From Gemmatimonadota bacterium (lineage in GTDB: Bacteria > Gemmatimonadota > Gemmatimonadetes > Gemmatimonadales > GWC2-71-9): a stretch of 64,000 nucleotides of DNA. Positions within the stretch are counted from its first letter, which is position 1, and each line of letters starts with the position of its first letter. Below, in pieces: positions 29,540-39,296 of the stretch. The notes under the pieces are model-generated. The model saw only the letters and a program-made list of their open reading frames with translations. It ran no database searches and had not been told where the DNA came from. The stretch covers positions 94,524 to 158,523 of the forward strand of contig JAZKBR010000008.1 in NCBI GenBank assembly GCA_040388535.1, given 5' to 3'. A program made the position numbers and the translations under genes.

Positions 29540-31806
29540 TACGGAATCGGTTTCCGGTCGAGAGCCTGCTCCAGCAGGCGCGCCGCCTGGCCGATCATTT
29601 CGCTCTCACGTAACAGCGCCGCCGCCACCTTCAGGATCTCGGCATCCGCGAGAGTCCAGTTCTTCTCCTCGATTGCCTCCCGGATTCCCGGCATCGTCTT
29701 CACGCCGTAGCCGGTGTAGAAGCCCGGGGCGTAGAGCGAATGGCGATACCACGGCCGTTTCGGGAGCCCCTCGGGGAGCAGCAACAGCTGGTCGCTCTGC
29801 CGAAGTAGCGCGTTCACCTGGGCGAGCGCTGCCGGGACGGCGTTCCCGCCCGGCATCCCGGCGTAGGCCTTCTCGAATTTCGCCGCCGCCTGGTCGAGCG
29901 CGGTCGCTGCATTCTCGAGTGGGGCGAAGTTGAGCACCGGCGCCGCGGAATCGCCCTTGGGGGGTCGGGTTGGCCGGCGAGGGTCGTTCACCATCGCAAA
30001 GGCACCCTCGGCGATCTGCCGGTTCCGCTCCTCGATCTCCTTCGCGCTGTTGTCGCGGAGCTGCTTCACCTCTTTCACGTAGCCACGCGTCGTCTCGGCG
30101 AGGTTGCCGAACTCTTCCGGGAGCAGGTCGGCACTCGCAATCCGCATCACCATCGTGCCGGCGGTCTGGGCCAGCGCCTTGCCGTAGACGAATGCCGTGT
30201 CGCTGAAGTGCGTGTACCAGTAGAAGGAATCGTAGATCGAGTGATAGATCCCGCCGTCATCCTCGCCGCCGAAGCCGATGTTGAGGGTCGGAATCCCGAC
30301 GTGCTGCAGGAACGGGGAGAAGTCGGACCCCGAGCCGAGCGCGCCGACGCGCAGGTCGGCGCGGTCGCGGGCTTCGCGGTCGCCACCCACCACGCGTGAC
30401 GCGCGTTCGCGGACGGCGACAGCCGCGCCGGTCTCCGGATCGGTGATGTCGCGGGCGACCTCATTGGTGAAGCGCTCGAGCCCGTGCGAACCCGCCATAC
30501 CGAGTGTGCCGCGACCGTTGCCGTCAGTATTGAGGTAGAAGACCGCCTTCTGCCGCAGCTCTGCCTGATGTTGCTCGACCCACTCAGTGGAACCCAGAAG
30601 TCCCGGCTCTTCGCCGTCCCAGGCCGCGTAGACAATCGTCCGCTTCGGACGCCACCCCTGCTTCGCGAGCAGGCCGAGCGCTCGCGCCTCTTCGAGTTCC
30701 GCGACCATCCCCGAAATCGGGTCTTCGGCGCCGTTGACCCAGCCATCGTGATGGTTGCCGCGGATGACCCACTCATCCGGATAGACACTGCCGGGCAGCT
30801 TCGCGATCACATTGTAGAGCGGCTTGAGCGTCCAGTCGAACGCGAGCTTGAGATGCACCTTCGCGCCTTCGCCGCCGATGCGGTAGGTGATCGGGAGGCC
30901 ACCGCGCCACGATGATGGTGCCACCGGTCCGGTGAGTGCAGCAAGGAGTGGCTGCGCGTCGGCATAGGAAATCGGCAGCACCGGGATCTTCATCAGCGTG
31001 GTCGCGTTGGCGCGATCAAGTCGCTTCGCACCGTCAACGGCGCCCACATCGGGTGTCAGCGGATCGCCGGGGTAGGTGGGCATATCCATCACGCTGCCAC
31101 GCTGGACGCCGTCCTTCGGGCGGAACGGTCCTGCGGGGTAGGTCTCACCCGCGCCGTAGCCATCATCGCGCGGGTCGGAATAGATCAGCGCACCTACGGC
31201 ACCGTGCTCGTACGCCACCTTCGGTTTGATGCCACGCCACGAGCCACCGTAGCGCGCGATCACGATGGCGCCCTTCACATCGATTCCCTGTCGTTCGAGC
31301 GTCTCGTAGTCCGCCGGTACACCGTAGTTCACGTAGACCAGTCGAGCCGTCACATCGCCGTCGGCCGAGTAGGCGTTGTACGTCGGCAGTTGTTCGCTCT
31401 TCTGCGAAGTGCTCGGATCCTCTTTCAGCACCGGCTCATCGAGTCTCGCCTTGAAGCTTGTCGGCGAGACCAGCTCGAGCAGCCGCGTCACCGGCGTCGG
31501 GAAGAGCACATCGAACCGCTCGATGGTCGCGTCGAAGCCGTACGACGCAAACTGCGCCCGCAACCACTCGGCGTTGTCCTTGTCATAGGGCGAGCCGACG
31601 TGGTGCGGACGGAGCGAGAGCCTCCGCATCGCCTCGCGCATCCGTGCCGGTTCCGGGAGCGCGCGGAACTTTCCTTCCCATTCACGCTGGATCTTCGCGT
31701 TCGCCGTGGTGAAGCCGCGCAGTGGCGGGTCCTCGCGATGCATGGCGGCGGGAAGGGTGAGCAGCAGGAGGGCAGGGAAGGCAACGGCGCGAAAGCTGAT
31801 GGTCAT
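29539..31806 (-). CDS. M28 family peptidase, glutamate carboxypeptidase II/transferrin-receptor-like (PA and TfR dimerisation domains)
   Basis: Signal peptide; PHHVGS, YVNYG, QRGSV, RGNHHDGW, GAEDPISG, WDGEEPGLLGSTEW, YHSIYD, HSLYAPG. Confidence 0.88.
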   Translation of the reverse strand: MTISFRAVAFPALLLLTLPAAMHREDPPLRGFTTANAKIQREWEGKFRALPEPARMREAMRRLSLRPHHVGSPYDKDNAEWLRAQFASYGFDATIERFDVLFPTPVTRLLELVSPTSFKARLDEPVLKEDPSTSQKSEQLPTYNAYSADGDVTARLVYVNYGVPADYETLERQGIDVKGAIVIARYGGSWRGIKPKVAYEHGAVGALIYSDPRDDGYGAGETYPAGPFRPKDGVQRGSVMDMPTYPGDPLTPDVGAVDGAKRLDRANATTLMKIPVLPISYADAQPLLAALTGPVAPSSWRGGLPITYRIGGEGAKVHLKLAFDWTLKPLYNVIAKLPGSVYPDEWVIRGNHHDGWVNGAEDPISGMVAELEEARALGLLAKQGWRPKRTIVYAAWDGEEPGLLGSTEWVEQHQAELRQKAVFYLNTDGNGRGTLGMAGSHGLERFTNEVARDITDPETGAAVAVRERASRVVGGDREARDRADLRVGALGSGSDFSPFLQHVGIPTLNIGFGGEDDGGIYHSIYDSFYWYTHFSDTAFVYGKALAQTAGTMVMRIASADLLPEEFGNLAETTRGYVKEVKQLRDNSAKEIEERNRQIAEGAFAMVNDPRRPTRPPKGDSAAPVLNFAPLENAATALDQAAAKFEKAYAGMPGGNAVPAALAQVNALLRQSDQLLLLPEGLPKRPWYRHSLYAPGFYTGYGVKTMPGIREAIEEKNWTLADAEILKVAAALLRESEMIGQAARLLEQALDRKPIP

Positions 31807-31907
31807 CAAGTGCTCGCTGGAGAGGCGGTGGCGGGCGGGGAGCCCACAATGAATCGCCTCAACCGCACCGGGGGGCAAGCGCCCCCCGGGGTCTCATGTC
31901 CTGCAAC

Positions 31908-32960
31908 TCAGCTGATTGGCTTGCCCGCGGCCTTCAGCGTCTTGAGGCGCGCATTCACCAGCCCGACTACTTCCTGGGGCAGCGGCGAGTAGAGCAGCGC
32001 CTTCGCCATCCCCTGCGCTTCCGGAGAGACCATCCAGGTGAGGAAGTCGCGCATCGCCTTCCCCTTGGTCGCGTCCTTGGTGTTCGGACGGATCAGCAGC
32101 CACGTGAACGAGGAGATCGGGTACGACTGCGCGCCCGGGGCGTTCGTGATCGAGACACGGAAGTCGGTGTTCGCCGGGAACTTGGCACTCGCGGCCGCGT
32201 TGGTGACGGTCTCGAGCGACGGCTGGACGAAATTGCCCGCGGCATTCTTGACCTGCGCGAACGGCAGCTTGTTGGCCGATGCGTAGATCAGTTCGACGTA
32301 GCCCAGTGTCCCCTCGACCTGCTTGACCTGCTGGGTCACGCCCTCGTTCCCCTTGCCGCCCAGCCCGACGGGCCAGTTCACCGCCGTGGCCGACCCGACC
32401 TTCTGCTTCCACTCGGGCGAGACCTTGCTGAGGAAGTCGGTGAAGATGTAGCTGGTGCCCGAGCCGTCGGAACGGTGGACCACGATGATGTCGACGTCGG
32501 GAAGCTTCACGCCGGGATTCAGCGCGGCGATCCGCTTGTCATCCCACTTGATGATCTTGCCGAGGAAGATGTCGGCGATGGTGGCGCCGTCGAACTTGAG
32601 CTGCGTGGCGCCAAGCGACGGGAGGTTCCAGGTCAGGACGACGGCACCCATCACCGTCGGAATGTGGACGACCTGCCCCTGCACGCCGTTCATCTGGTCG
32701 ACGCTCATCGGACCGTCGGTGGCACCGAAATCCACGGTGCCCTCGGTGTACTGGCGGATGCCGGCACCCGAGCCGACCGACTGGTAGTTGATCTGCGCGC
32801 CGGTCTTCTTGTGCCAGGCGTCAAACCACTTGGTGTAGATCGGGTTCGGAAAGGTGGCGCCGGCGCCCGTGAGCGACTGTGCCACCACTGGGGCGGGCTT
32901 CTGACAGCCGGCCACAAGGGCAAAGGCGATCAGGTGCGAAACCTTCAGGCGAGACTTCAT
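31908..32960 (-). CDS. pstS: Phosphate ABC transporter substrate-binding lipoprotein PstS
   Basis: Lipobox LVAGC; GAGATFP, YQSVGSGAG, DFGATD, RSDGSGTS, GKGNEGV, YPISSFTW; GGAG SD before ATG 32960. Confidence 0.95.
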   Translation of the reverse strand: MKSRLKVSHLIAFALVAGCQKPAPVVAQSLTGAGATFPNPIYTKWFDAWHKKTGAQINYQSVGSGAGIRQYTEGTVDFGATDGPMSVDQMNGVQGQVVHIPTVMGAVVLTWNLPSLGATQLKFDGATIADIFLGKIIKWDDKRIAALNPGVKLPDVDIIVVHRSDGSGTSYIFTDFLSKVSPEWKQKVGSATAVNWPVGLGGKGNEGVTQQVKQVEGTLGYVELIYASANKLPFAQVKNAAGNFVQPSLETVTNAAASAKFPANTDFRVSITNAPGAQSYPISSFTWLLIRPNTKDATKGKAMRDFLTWMVSPEAQGMAKALLYSPLPQEVVGLVNARLKTLKAAGKPIS

Positions 32961-32999
32961 CGTGCAACTCCAGGAGTGGAGGAATGTTGTGCGCATCAG

Positions 33000-34076
33000 T
33001 TAGAACTTGAATTCAGTGTGCAGGTACACCAGCTGACGGCCCTTCTCGAAGCTGTTGCTGGGCGATCCGCCCTTCACCGAGTTGAGATCGGCATCGGCGA
33101 GGAACCGCAGGTTCGGCGACACCGCGTAGGAGACGCCCGCGATCACCCGGGTCTGCCGATTGACGGCAAGTCGTGCCGCCGCGGTGACGGCGGTCGAGTC
33201 GGTGTTCGGGTCGAACGAGTCCACCCGGCCGATGAAGGCGACCTTCGAATTCGGCACGTTGAACACCGCGTAGGCCGCCATCAACGAGCCCTTCGCGTTC
33301 GGCGTCGCGACGCTGGTGGAGTCCTGCATCATGCCGTATTCGGCGGCGAGGGTTACCGCCTTCGCCTTGTACGAAAGGATGCCGAGGAAGCGGTTGCGGG
33401 TCCCGCCACCGGTGGCGATGCCGACGTTAGCATAGCCGGTGAGCCGCAGCCCGCCGACCTTGCCGGGGAGGTTGCTGCGCGCGACACGCACCGAAAGCCG
33501 ACCGCTGATGTCCTTGCGATTGTCGCCCGGCGCATTGCTGTACCCTTCGCCGTTGTAGATGCCGATCTGGGCGTTGATCTGTTCGAAATTCCACATCCCG
33601 TCGACCGAGGCGCCGAAGTCCGAGGAGGTGATATATCCCGCGCGCTCGAGTGGCATCACACCCTGCATACGGTAATCCCAGAGCGCCTCTTCCCAGTCGA
33701 GCAGCGGCGTCTGGATCGCGCCGAGCTTGAGGGTGAGCGGCGAGGTGCCGGGCTGCCAGGCCACATAGGCATACTTGAGGCGGAAGGTCTGCTGGTTGGT
33801 GGCGGCCTTGCGGCCGTCGACATCCACCGTGACGCGGGTGCTGATCCCGTCGGCGAACTTGCCGAGGACGTTCACGTACGACCGGGCGACATCGAAGTTG
33901 TTGCCGTGCGCCGGGGGGGCGAGCGAGGAATCGACCTTCAACTGATAGGAGTAGTTGAGGTAGCCGACACCGGTAACGGTGACGGTGGGAGCCTGCGCTG
34001 CCTGGGCGCTGGCGCTCTGCGCCCCCGCCACGATTGCGACCGCCAAACCGAGTACCAGCTTCATCCGAGTGCCCAT
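33000..34076 (-). CDS. Outer-membrane beta-barrel, probable phosphate-selective porin (OprO/OprP-like)
   Basis: Signal peptide; alternating beta-strand pattern; FDVARSYVNV, FRLKYAY; C-terminal LHTEFKF; directly upstream of pstS. Confidence 0.7.
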   Translation of the reverse strand: MGTRMKLVLGLAVAIVAGAQSASAQAAQAPTVTVTGVGYLNYSYQLKVDSSLAPPAHGNNFDVARSYVNVLGKFADGISTRVTVDVDGRKAATNQQTFRLKYAYVAWQPGTSPLTLKLGAIQTPLLDWEEALWDYRMQGVMPLERAGYITSSDFGASVDGMWNFEQINAQIGIYNGEGYSNAPGDNRKDISGRLSVRVARSNLPGKVGGLRLTGYANVGIATGGGTRNRFLGILSYKAKAVTLAAEYGMMQDSTSVATPNAKGSLMAAYAVFNVPNSKVAFIGRVDSFDPNTDSTAVTAAARLAVNRQTRVIAGVSYAVSPNLRFLADADLNSVKGGSPSNSFEKGRQLVYLHTEFKF

Positions 34077-34175
34077 GACATCTCCGAAAGGTCGTGTGGT
34101 CGAACTGCATTCGTGAGACGGTCAGGTCACAATTGCCCCGTGATCACCTCAACGCATGTAACAAGCGCCTGGGCG

Positions 34176-34214
34176 ATCACGGGCAAACCACGGCTTGGTC
34201 ACGGAGTTGTAACG
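34176..34214. promoter_or_regulatory. Candidate PHO box array upstream of the porin-pstS genes, overlapping the phoR stop codon
   Basis: ATCAC (34176), ACCAC (34187), GTCAC (34198) and GTAAC (34209) at exact 11-bp period. Confidence 0.7.
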
Positions 34215-35827
34215 GAGGCTTCCTGGGCGGGGAATCGGGTCCAGACAGTGGTGCCGGCGCCCAGCGCACTCTCTACGCCGACACTGCCACCGTGCGCCTC
34301 GACCAGGTGCTTCACGATGGAGAGCCCGAGGCCGGTCCCCCCCTCTTCACGTGAACGCGACGGCTCGGCTCGGTAGAATCGTTCAAAGATTCGCGAGAGA
34401 TGGTCACTGGAGATGCCGCTGCCGGTGTCCACGACCGACAGCTCGACGGCATCGTCGAGTCGGCGAGTGCGGACCGTGATCGTTCCGCCCGAGGGTGTGT
34501 ACCGGATGGAATTGTCCACCAGGTTGATCAGCACCTGCCCGAGCGCTTCAGGGTCCGCGAAGATCGTCTCGGCGTCAGGCGCGAGCGCGAGACGCAGTGT
34601 CACGCCGCGCGCCGTGGCGCGGTCGGCGGCGGTGGCGAAGACATCCCGTGTCAGCGAGGCGACCGGAGTGGCCTCGGCGCGCGGCACCCAGCGTCCCGAT
34701 TCGATGCGTGACAGATCGAGCAGGTCGTCCACCAGCCGGTGCATCCGTTGGGCGTTGTTCCTGATCGTCTCGAGGAAGCGACGCTGGGTGGCCGGCTCTA
34801 CTCCCCCTTCGGCGAGCGTTTCGGCATAACCCGAGATCGAGGTCAGCGGGGTCTTGAGTTCGTGCGAGACGTTGGCGACGAAATCGCGGCGTACCGCTTC
34901 GAGTCGCCGCACCCTGGTCAGGTCGTGCAGCACGAGCACGGCGCCACTGCCGGCGAGTGACCTGCCGTTGAGCGAGATGACCTGATCGCCGAGGTCGAGC
35001 TCACGGTCTTGCACCACGGCGCCGGCCAGCACTTCATCGACCGCCTCACGCGCTTCCTTGTCACGGAAGAGGGTGGTGAGATCAGGAAGCTGGTCGCTTT
35101 CGTCATAGCCGAGCAAGCGCCGCGCGGCGGGGTTTGCGGTCACGATCCGCCCGCGCGAGTTGGCAACGATGATCCCTTCCACCATCGCGTCCACGACCGC
35201 GTCTCCTTCGGCCTTTTCCTGCTGAAGCTCGTCGAAGCGATCGGCAAGTTGCTGGTTCATCTGCCGCAGGGCCTGGACCAGGGCGTCGACCTCGGGAATT
35301 CCCGACCGTGGAAAGCGTGGTAGTGCCCCCGCCGCTATCGCGCGTGCCGCCGCCGAGAGGGCCACGAGAGGCGAGGCAATCGAACGCCCGGCGAAGAATG
35401 CGAGCACCAGTGCCACCAGCAACGCGAAGAGTGCGGCACCGATCATCGAGCTGCGTGCGAGCGCCGAGAGTTCGCGAACGCCGTCGAGGCGGGCATCGAG
35501 TTCGACGCTGACCGGTGCCCCGGCGCTGCGGTAGTGGAGGACGTCGTCGGTGAGGATGGAGTCGCTCGCGGCGCGTACCGTGCCCGAGGGGTCGCGCAAC
35601 ACGATCCGATGGCCGCTCTGACCGCTCAAGCGAGTGACCGTCTCCTGCCAGGCGCTGGTATCACTCGGGAGCGTGGCGCGCACCAGCACCGCTTCACGTG
35701 CGAGGGTCGTCTGGAGATCGCGTTCGAGGCCCGAGCGGAGCGCGCGCTCGGAGCCCCAGACCATCACCAGCAGGGTGAGGGCAACGACAGTGAAAGTGCC
35801 GAGAACGAGCCGGCCGGCGAAATTCAC
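34199..35827 (-). CDS. phoR: Phosphate regulon sensor histidine kinase PhoR (HAMP, PAS, HisKA, HATPase)
   Basis: DFVANVSHELKTPLTSI, LINLVDNSIRY, DTGSGI, FERFYR, GTGLGLSIVKH; pst context. Confidence 0.9.
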   Translation of the reverse strand: MNFAGRLVLGTFTVVALTLLVMVWGSERALRSGLERDLQTTLAREAVLVRATLPSDTSAWQETVTRLSGQSGHRIVLRDPSGTVRAASDSILTDDVLHYRSAGAPVSVELDARLDGVRELSALARSSMIGAALFALLVALVLAFFAGRSIASPLVALSAAARAIAAGALPRFPRSGIPEVDALVQALRQMNQQLADRFDELQQEKAEGDAVVDAMVEGIIVANSRGRIVTANPAARRLLGYDESDQLPDLTTLFRDKEAREAVDEVLAGAVVQDRELDLGDQVISLNGRSLAGSGAVLVLHDLTRVRRLEAVRRDFVANVSHELKTPLTSISGYAETLAEGGVEPATQRRFLETIRNNAQRMHRLVDDLLDLSRIESGRWVPRAEATPVASLTRDVFATAADRATARGVTLRLALAPDAETIFADPEALGQVLINLVDNSIRYTPSGGTITVRTRRLDDAVELSVVDTGSGISSDHLSRIFERFYRAEPSRSREEGGTGLGLSIVKHLVEAHGGSVGVESALGAGTTVWTRFPAQEASVTTP

Positions 35828-36507
35828 TTCTTGAAGCGGTATCCGAAGCCGCGAACCGTTTCGATCATGTCGCCGATCTCCCCGAGCTTGGACCGCAATC
35901 GCTGGACGTGCATATCCACGGTGCGGGTCTGGATATCAGGCTGGGCGTCCCAGACCGTCTCCAGCAGCTGGGGCCGGGTCTGGACCCGGCCTCGCCGCTC
36001 CAGCAGTGTCACGAGGAGCTTGTACTCGGTAGCGGTCAGGTTCAACTCCTCGCCCTTGAGCGAGACCCGGTGGGCGGCCCGGTCGATGGTGAGTCCTTCG
36101 GCCACCAGGGTCGACCCGGCAGACACCGCCGGCGCCGCGAGCCGGCGAAGCAGCGCCTGGACGCGGAGGGCGAGCTCGGCCGGGGAGAACGGCTTGGTGA
36201 GATAGTCGTCGGCGCCGAGCGAGAGCCCCTTGATCCGGTCGGGTTCGTCACGTCGGGCGGTCAGGAGGATGACCCCGACGTCGCGGGTCTCGTCGCGCTT
36301 CCGCAGCTCGGCGAGGACGTCGTAGCCGGACAGGCCCGGGAGCATCAGGTCGAGGACGACCAGGTCGGGGCGCTCGTCCTTGGCGGCCTTGAGGGCATCG
36401 GGACCATTCGCGGCGGTCGAGACACGGTACCCCGCCCGCGCGAGGTGGTACGCCACCAGGGCGGTTATATCCGGCTCGTCGTCCACTACCAGGATGCGAT
36501 GCGTCAT
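35824..36507 (-). CDS. phoB: Phosphate regulon response regulator PhoB (OmpR family); start at MTHRILVV
   Basis: ILVVDDE, VLDLMLP, GADDYLTKPF, LTATEYKLL, RTVDMHVQRLR, TVRGFGY. Confidence 0.9.
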   Translation of the reverse strand: MTHRILVVDDEPDITALVAYHLARAGYRVSTAANGPDALKAAKDERPDLVVLDLMLPGLSGYDVLAELRKRDETRDVGVILLTARRDEPDRIKGLSLGADDYLTKPFSPAELALRVQALLRRLAAPAVSAGSTLVAEGLTIDRAAHRVSLKGEELNLTATEYKLLVTLLERRGRVQTRPQLLETVWDAQPDIQTRTVDMHVQRLRSKLGEIGDMIETVRGFGYRFKK

Positions 36508-36612
36508 TGCGGCTCCGTTACCATATGCGTCGAAACGAATATCGGGGTCGCGTGACGATGGCAAGGCGATTGATGTTGCTGGAATGGTACTTGTGACCGG
36601 ATATTTACGACC

Positions 36613-36849
36613 GTGCCCAGAAACCTCCCCGTCTTCATCAACGGACGCCCCTTCCAGGCGCCCGCCGGATCGACCCTTGGCCAGCTCCTCGCCGAGCAGG
36701 ATCCCGACCTCTTCGCCGCCCTCCTCGGGGGGAATGCCATCGCGACCGACGGCCGGGGGATCGCTGCCGATCCCGACCTCGCCCTGAGCGCCGGAGCGAT
36801 CTTCCGGGTCGTCCGATCCGCCCGTGCCGGAGATGCCACCGATGCGTGA
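36613..36849 (+). CDS. Small hypothetical beta-grasp (ThiS/MoaD-like) protein lacking a C-terminal Gly-Gly
   Basis: VFINGRPFQAPAGSTLGQLL N-terminus; 78 aa; overlaps the add start by 8 bp. Confidence 0.55.
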   Translation: MPRNLPVFINGRPFQAPAGSTLGQLLAEQDPDLFAALLGGNAIATDGRGIAADPDLALSAGAIFRVVRSARAGDATDA

Positions 36850-37861
36850 CACCCTGCGGCGAATGCCGAAGGCCGAGCTCCACGTCCATCTCGACGGATC
36901 GCTCCGCCCCGAAACCATGCTCGAGCTGGCGCGGGCAGCGAAGGTCGCGCTGCCGGCCAACGATGCCGATGCCTTGCGTCGCTATATGCTGGTGGACGAC
37001 GCCCGGAATCTCGAGGACTATCTCGCGCGCTTCGAGTACACCATTGCCGTGCTGCAGACCCCCGAGGCGATTGAACGCGTCGCCTACGAGATGGTCGCCG
37101 ATGCCGCCGCCGACGGCCTGCGCTATCTCGAGGTGCGCTACTGCCCGCGGCTGAGCACCCGTGGCGGGCTCTCGATGGACGAGGCGATTGTCGCCGAGTG
37201 GCGCGGCCTGCAGCGCGGCGAGCAGGAGTTCGGCGTGGTGACGCGGATCATCAACTGCTCGCTGCGGCACTACTCACCCGATGTCTCGGTGGAGATTGCC
37301 GAGCACTCGGTCCGGATGCGCGATCACGGTGTGGTGGCGTTCGACCTCGCAGGAGGCGAGGCGGGACGGCCTCCGGAGGAGCATCGGGAAGCCTTCGATG
37401 TTGCCGCACGTGCCGGGCTCGGCATCACGGTACACGCCGGAGAGGCCGCCGGGTGGGAAAGCATCTTCGAGGCAATCCACAGCTGTCACGCGGTGCGTAT
37501 CGGCCACGGCACCCGGCTCTTCGAGAGCCCCGAGCTGCTGGCCTATGTGCGCGACCGGCGGATCTGTCTCGAGATCAACATCACCAGCAATGTGCAGACG
37601 CATGCCGTCGCGACTGCCGCTCAGCATCCGGTGAGGCAATATTTCGACGCCGGAGTTCCGGTCACTCTCTGTACCGATTCGTGGCTGATGAGCGGCGTCT
37701 CACTCACCAGCGAATACCATCTGGCGCACCAGGCACTCGGCTTCACCCTCGACGAAATGCACGCGATGGCACTCACGGCCTTCGAGCACGCCTTCCTGCC
37801 GTGGCCCGATCGACTTGCGCTGCTGGCGCGGGTCCGGGCCGATCTCGCCTCCCGTCCCTGA
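36842..37861 (+). CDS. add: Adenosine deaminase
   Basis: MPKAELHVHLDGS, YLEVRY, FDLAG, HAGE, RIGHG, LCTDS. Confidence 0.92.
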   Translation: MRDTLRRMPKAELHVHLDGSLRPETMLELARAAKVALPANDADALRRYMLVDDARNLEDYLARFEYTIAVLQTPEAIERVAYEMVADAAADGLRYLEVRYCPRLSTRGGLSMDEAIVAEWRGLQRGEQEFGVVTRIINCSLRHYSPDVSVEIAEHSVRMRDHGVVAFDLAGGEAGRPPEEHREAFDVAARAGLGITVHAGEAAGWESIFEAIHSCHAVRIGHGTRLFESPELLAYVRDRRICLEINITSNVQTHAVATAAQHPVRQYFDAGVPVTLCTDSWLMSGVSLTSEYHLAHQALGFTLDEMHAMALTAFEHAFLPWPDRLALLARVRADLASRP

Positions 37862-37892
37862 CCTGCGGCCGAGCCGCAGCGGAGTCCCACCA

Positions 37893-39296
37893 ATGAAGCC
37901 CTCCCTTCGTCGGCAGTTCGCGTTCGGATTCTTCGGGATGCTGTTGGCCGTCGCGGCGACCTGGCTCCTTCCCGGCGCAGCCGCTCGCGGCTTCACCGAT
38001 CTCGCGGCCCAGGCGGCGCCCGCTCCGGTCGCCCCGATCGAGGCACCGGCTACCGACGGGGTGCCGCTGCTGGTGCGGCTCACCGGGCTCCTCGGCATCC
38101 TGGTCATCATGCTGGTCGCCTACGCGATGTCGCACAACAAGAAGGCGATTCGCTGGAAGACGGTGGGCTGGGGACTCGGGCTGCAGGTGGTGTTTGCGAT
38201 CTTCGTGCTCCGGGTGCCGTTTGGCCAGACGCTGTTCAAGAATCTCGGCGATGCCGTAACCGCCATCCTTCACTACTCCTATGCCGGTTCGGAATTCGTC
38301 TTCGGGAAGCTCGGCGCACCGTTTACTCCTGACTCGCCGCTCGGCGTGATCTTCGCCTTCCAGATCCTGCCTGCCATCATCTTCGTCTCCGCGCTCTTCG
38401 CCATTCTCTACTACCTCGGCGTGATGCAGGTGATCGTGCGGGCCTGCGCCGTGGTGATGACCAAGCTGCTCGGCGCCAGCGGCGCCGAGAGCCTCAACGT
38501 CGGCGCGTCCATTTTCATGGGGCAGACAGAGGCGCCGCTCACGATCCGACCGTTCCTGCCGCGGATGACGCAGTCCGAACTGATGACGGTGATGACCGCC
38601 GGCATGGCGCACGTGTCGGGCTCGATCATGGCCGCCTACATCGCCTTCGGGGTGCAGGCGCAGCACCTGCTCAGTGCCGTGATCATGACCGCGCCGGGTA
38701 CCATCATGATGGCCAAGATGTTCGAGCCGGAAACGATGGTGCCGGAAACGTCGGGCAATGTGAAAATCGACATCCCCAAGACCGATGTGAATCTCGTCGA
38801 TGCCGCCGCACGCGGCACCGGCGAAGGGCTCCACCTGATGCTCAACGTGATCGCGATGCTGATCTCGTTCATCGCGCTCATTGCCCTGGTCAACGGCGGC
38901 ATGGGGTGGGCGCACTCCTACGCCAGCTGGTTCCCCGAAAATCTGCAGACGATCCTCTCGTGGGTCGGCCGGCCGGTGGCGTGGCTCCTTGGCGTCTCGT
39001 GGAAAGACAGCGGCGCGATCGGCGGGTTGCTTGGCACCCGTGCCGTCCTCAACGAGTTCATCGCTTTCTCGCAGCTGGGGCAGATGAAGGGTGTGCTCGA
39101 TCCGCGCTCCTTCACCATTGCATCGTTCGCACTCGCGGGCTTCGCGAATTTCTCCTCGGTCGGTATCCAGATCGGCGGCATCGGCGCGCTCGCGCCGGAT
39201 AGAAAGGGCGACCTCGCGCGCCTCGGCTTCCGCGCGATGCTGGCCGGTACCCTCGCGAACTTCCTCTCGGCCGCGATCGCTGGCATCCTGCTGTGA
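37893..39296 (+). CDS. nupC: CNT family (NupC/NupG) concentrative nucleoside transporter
   Basis: FAFQILPAIIF, IFMGQTEAPL, MAHVSGS, LNEFIAF, GFANFSSVGIQIGG. Confidence 0.92.
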   Translation: MKPSLRRQFAFGFFGMLLAVAATWLLPGAAARGFTDLAAQAAPAPVAPIEAPATDGVPLLVRLTGLLGILVIMLVAYAMSHNKKAIRWKTVGWGLGLQVVFAIFVLRVPFGQTLFKNLGDAVTAILHYSYAGSEFVFGKLGAPFTPDSPLGVIFAFQILPAIIFVSALFAILYYLGVMQVIVRACAVVMTKLLGASGAESLNVGASIFMGQTEAPLTIRPFLPRMTQSELMTVMTAGMAHVSGSIMAAYIAFGVQAQHLLSAVIMTAPGTIMMAKMFEPETMVPETSGNVKIDIPKTDVNLVDAAARGTGEGLHLMLNVIAMLISFIALIALVNGGMGWAHSYASWFPENLQTILSWVGRPVAWLLGVSWKDSGAIGGLLGTRAVLNEFIAFSQLGQMKGVLDPRSFTIASFALAGFANFSSVGIQIGGIGALAPDRKGDLARLGFRAMLAGTLANFLSAAIAGILL

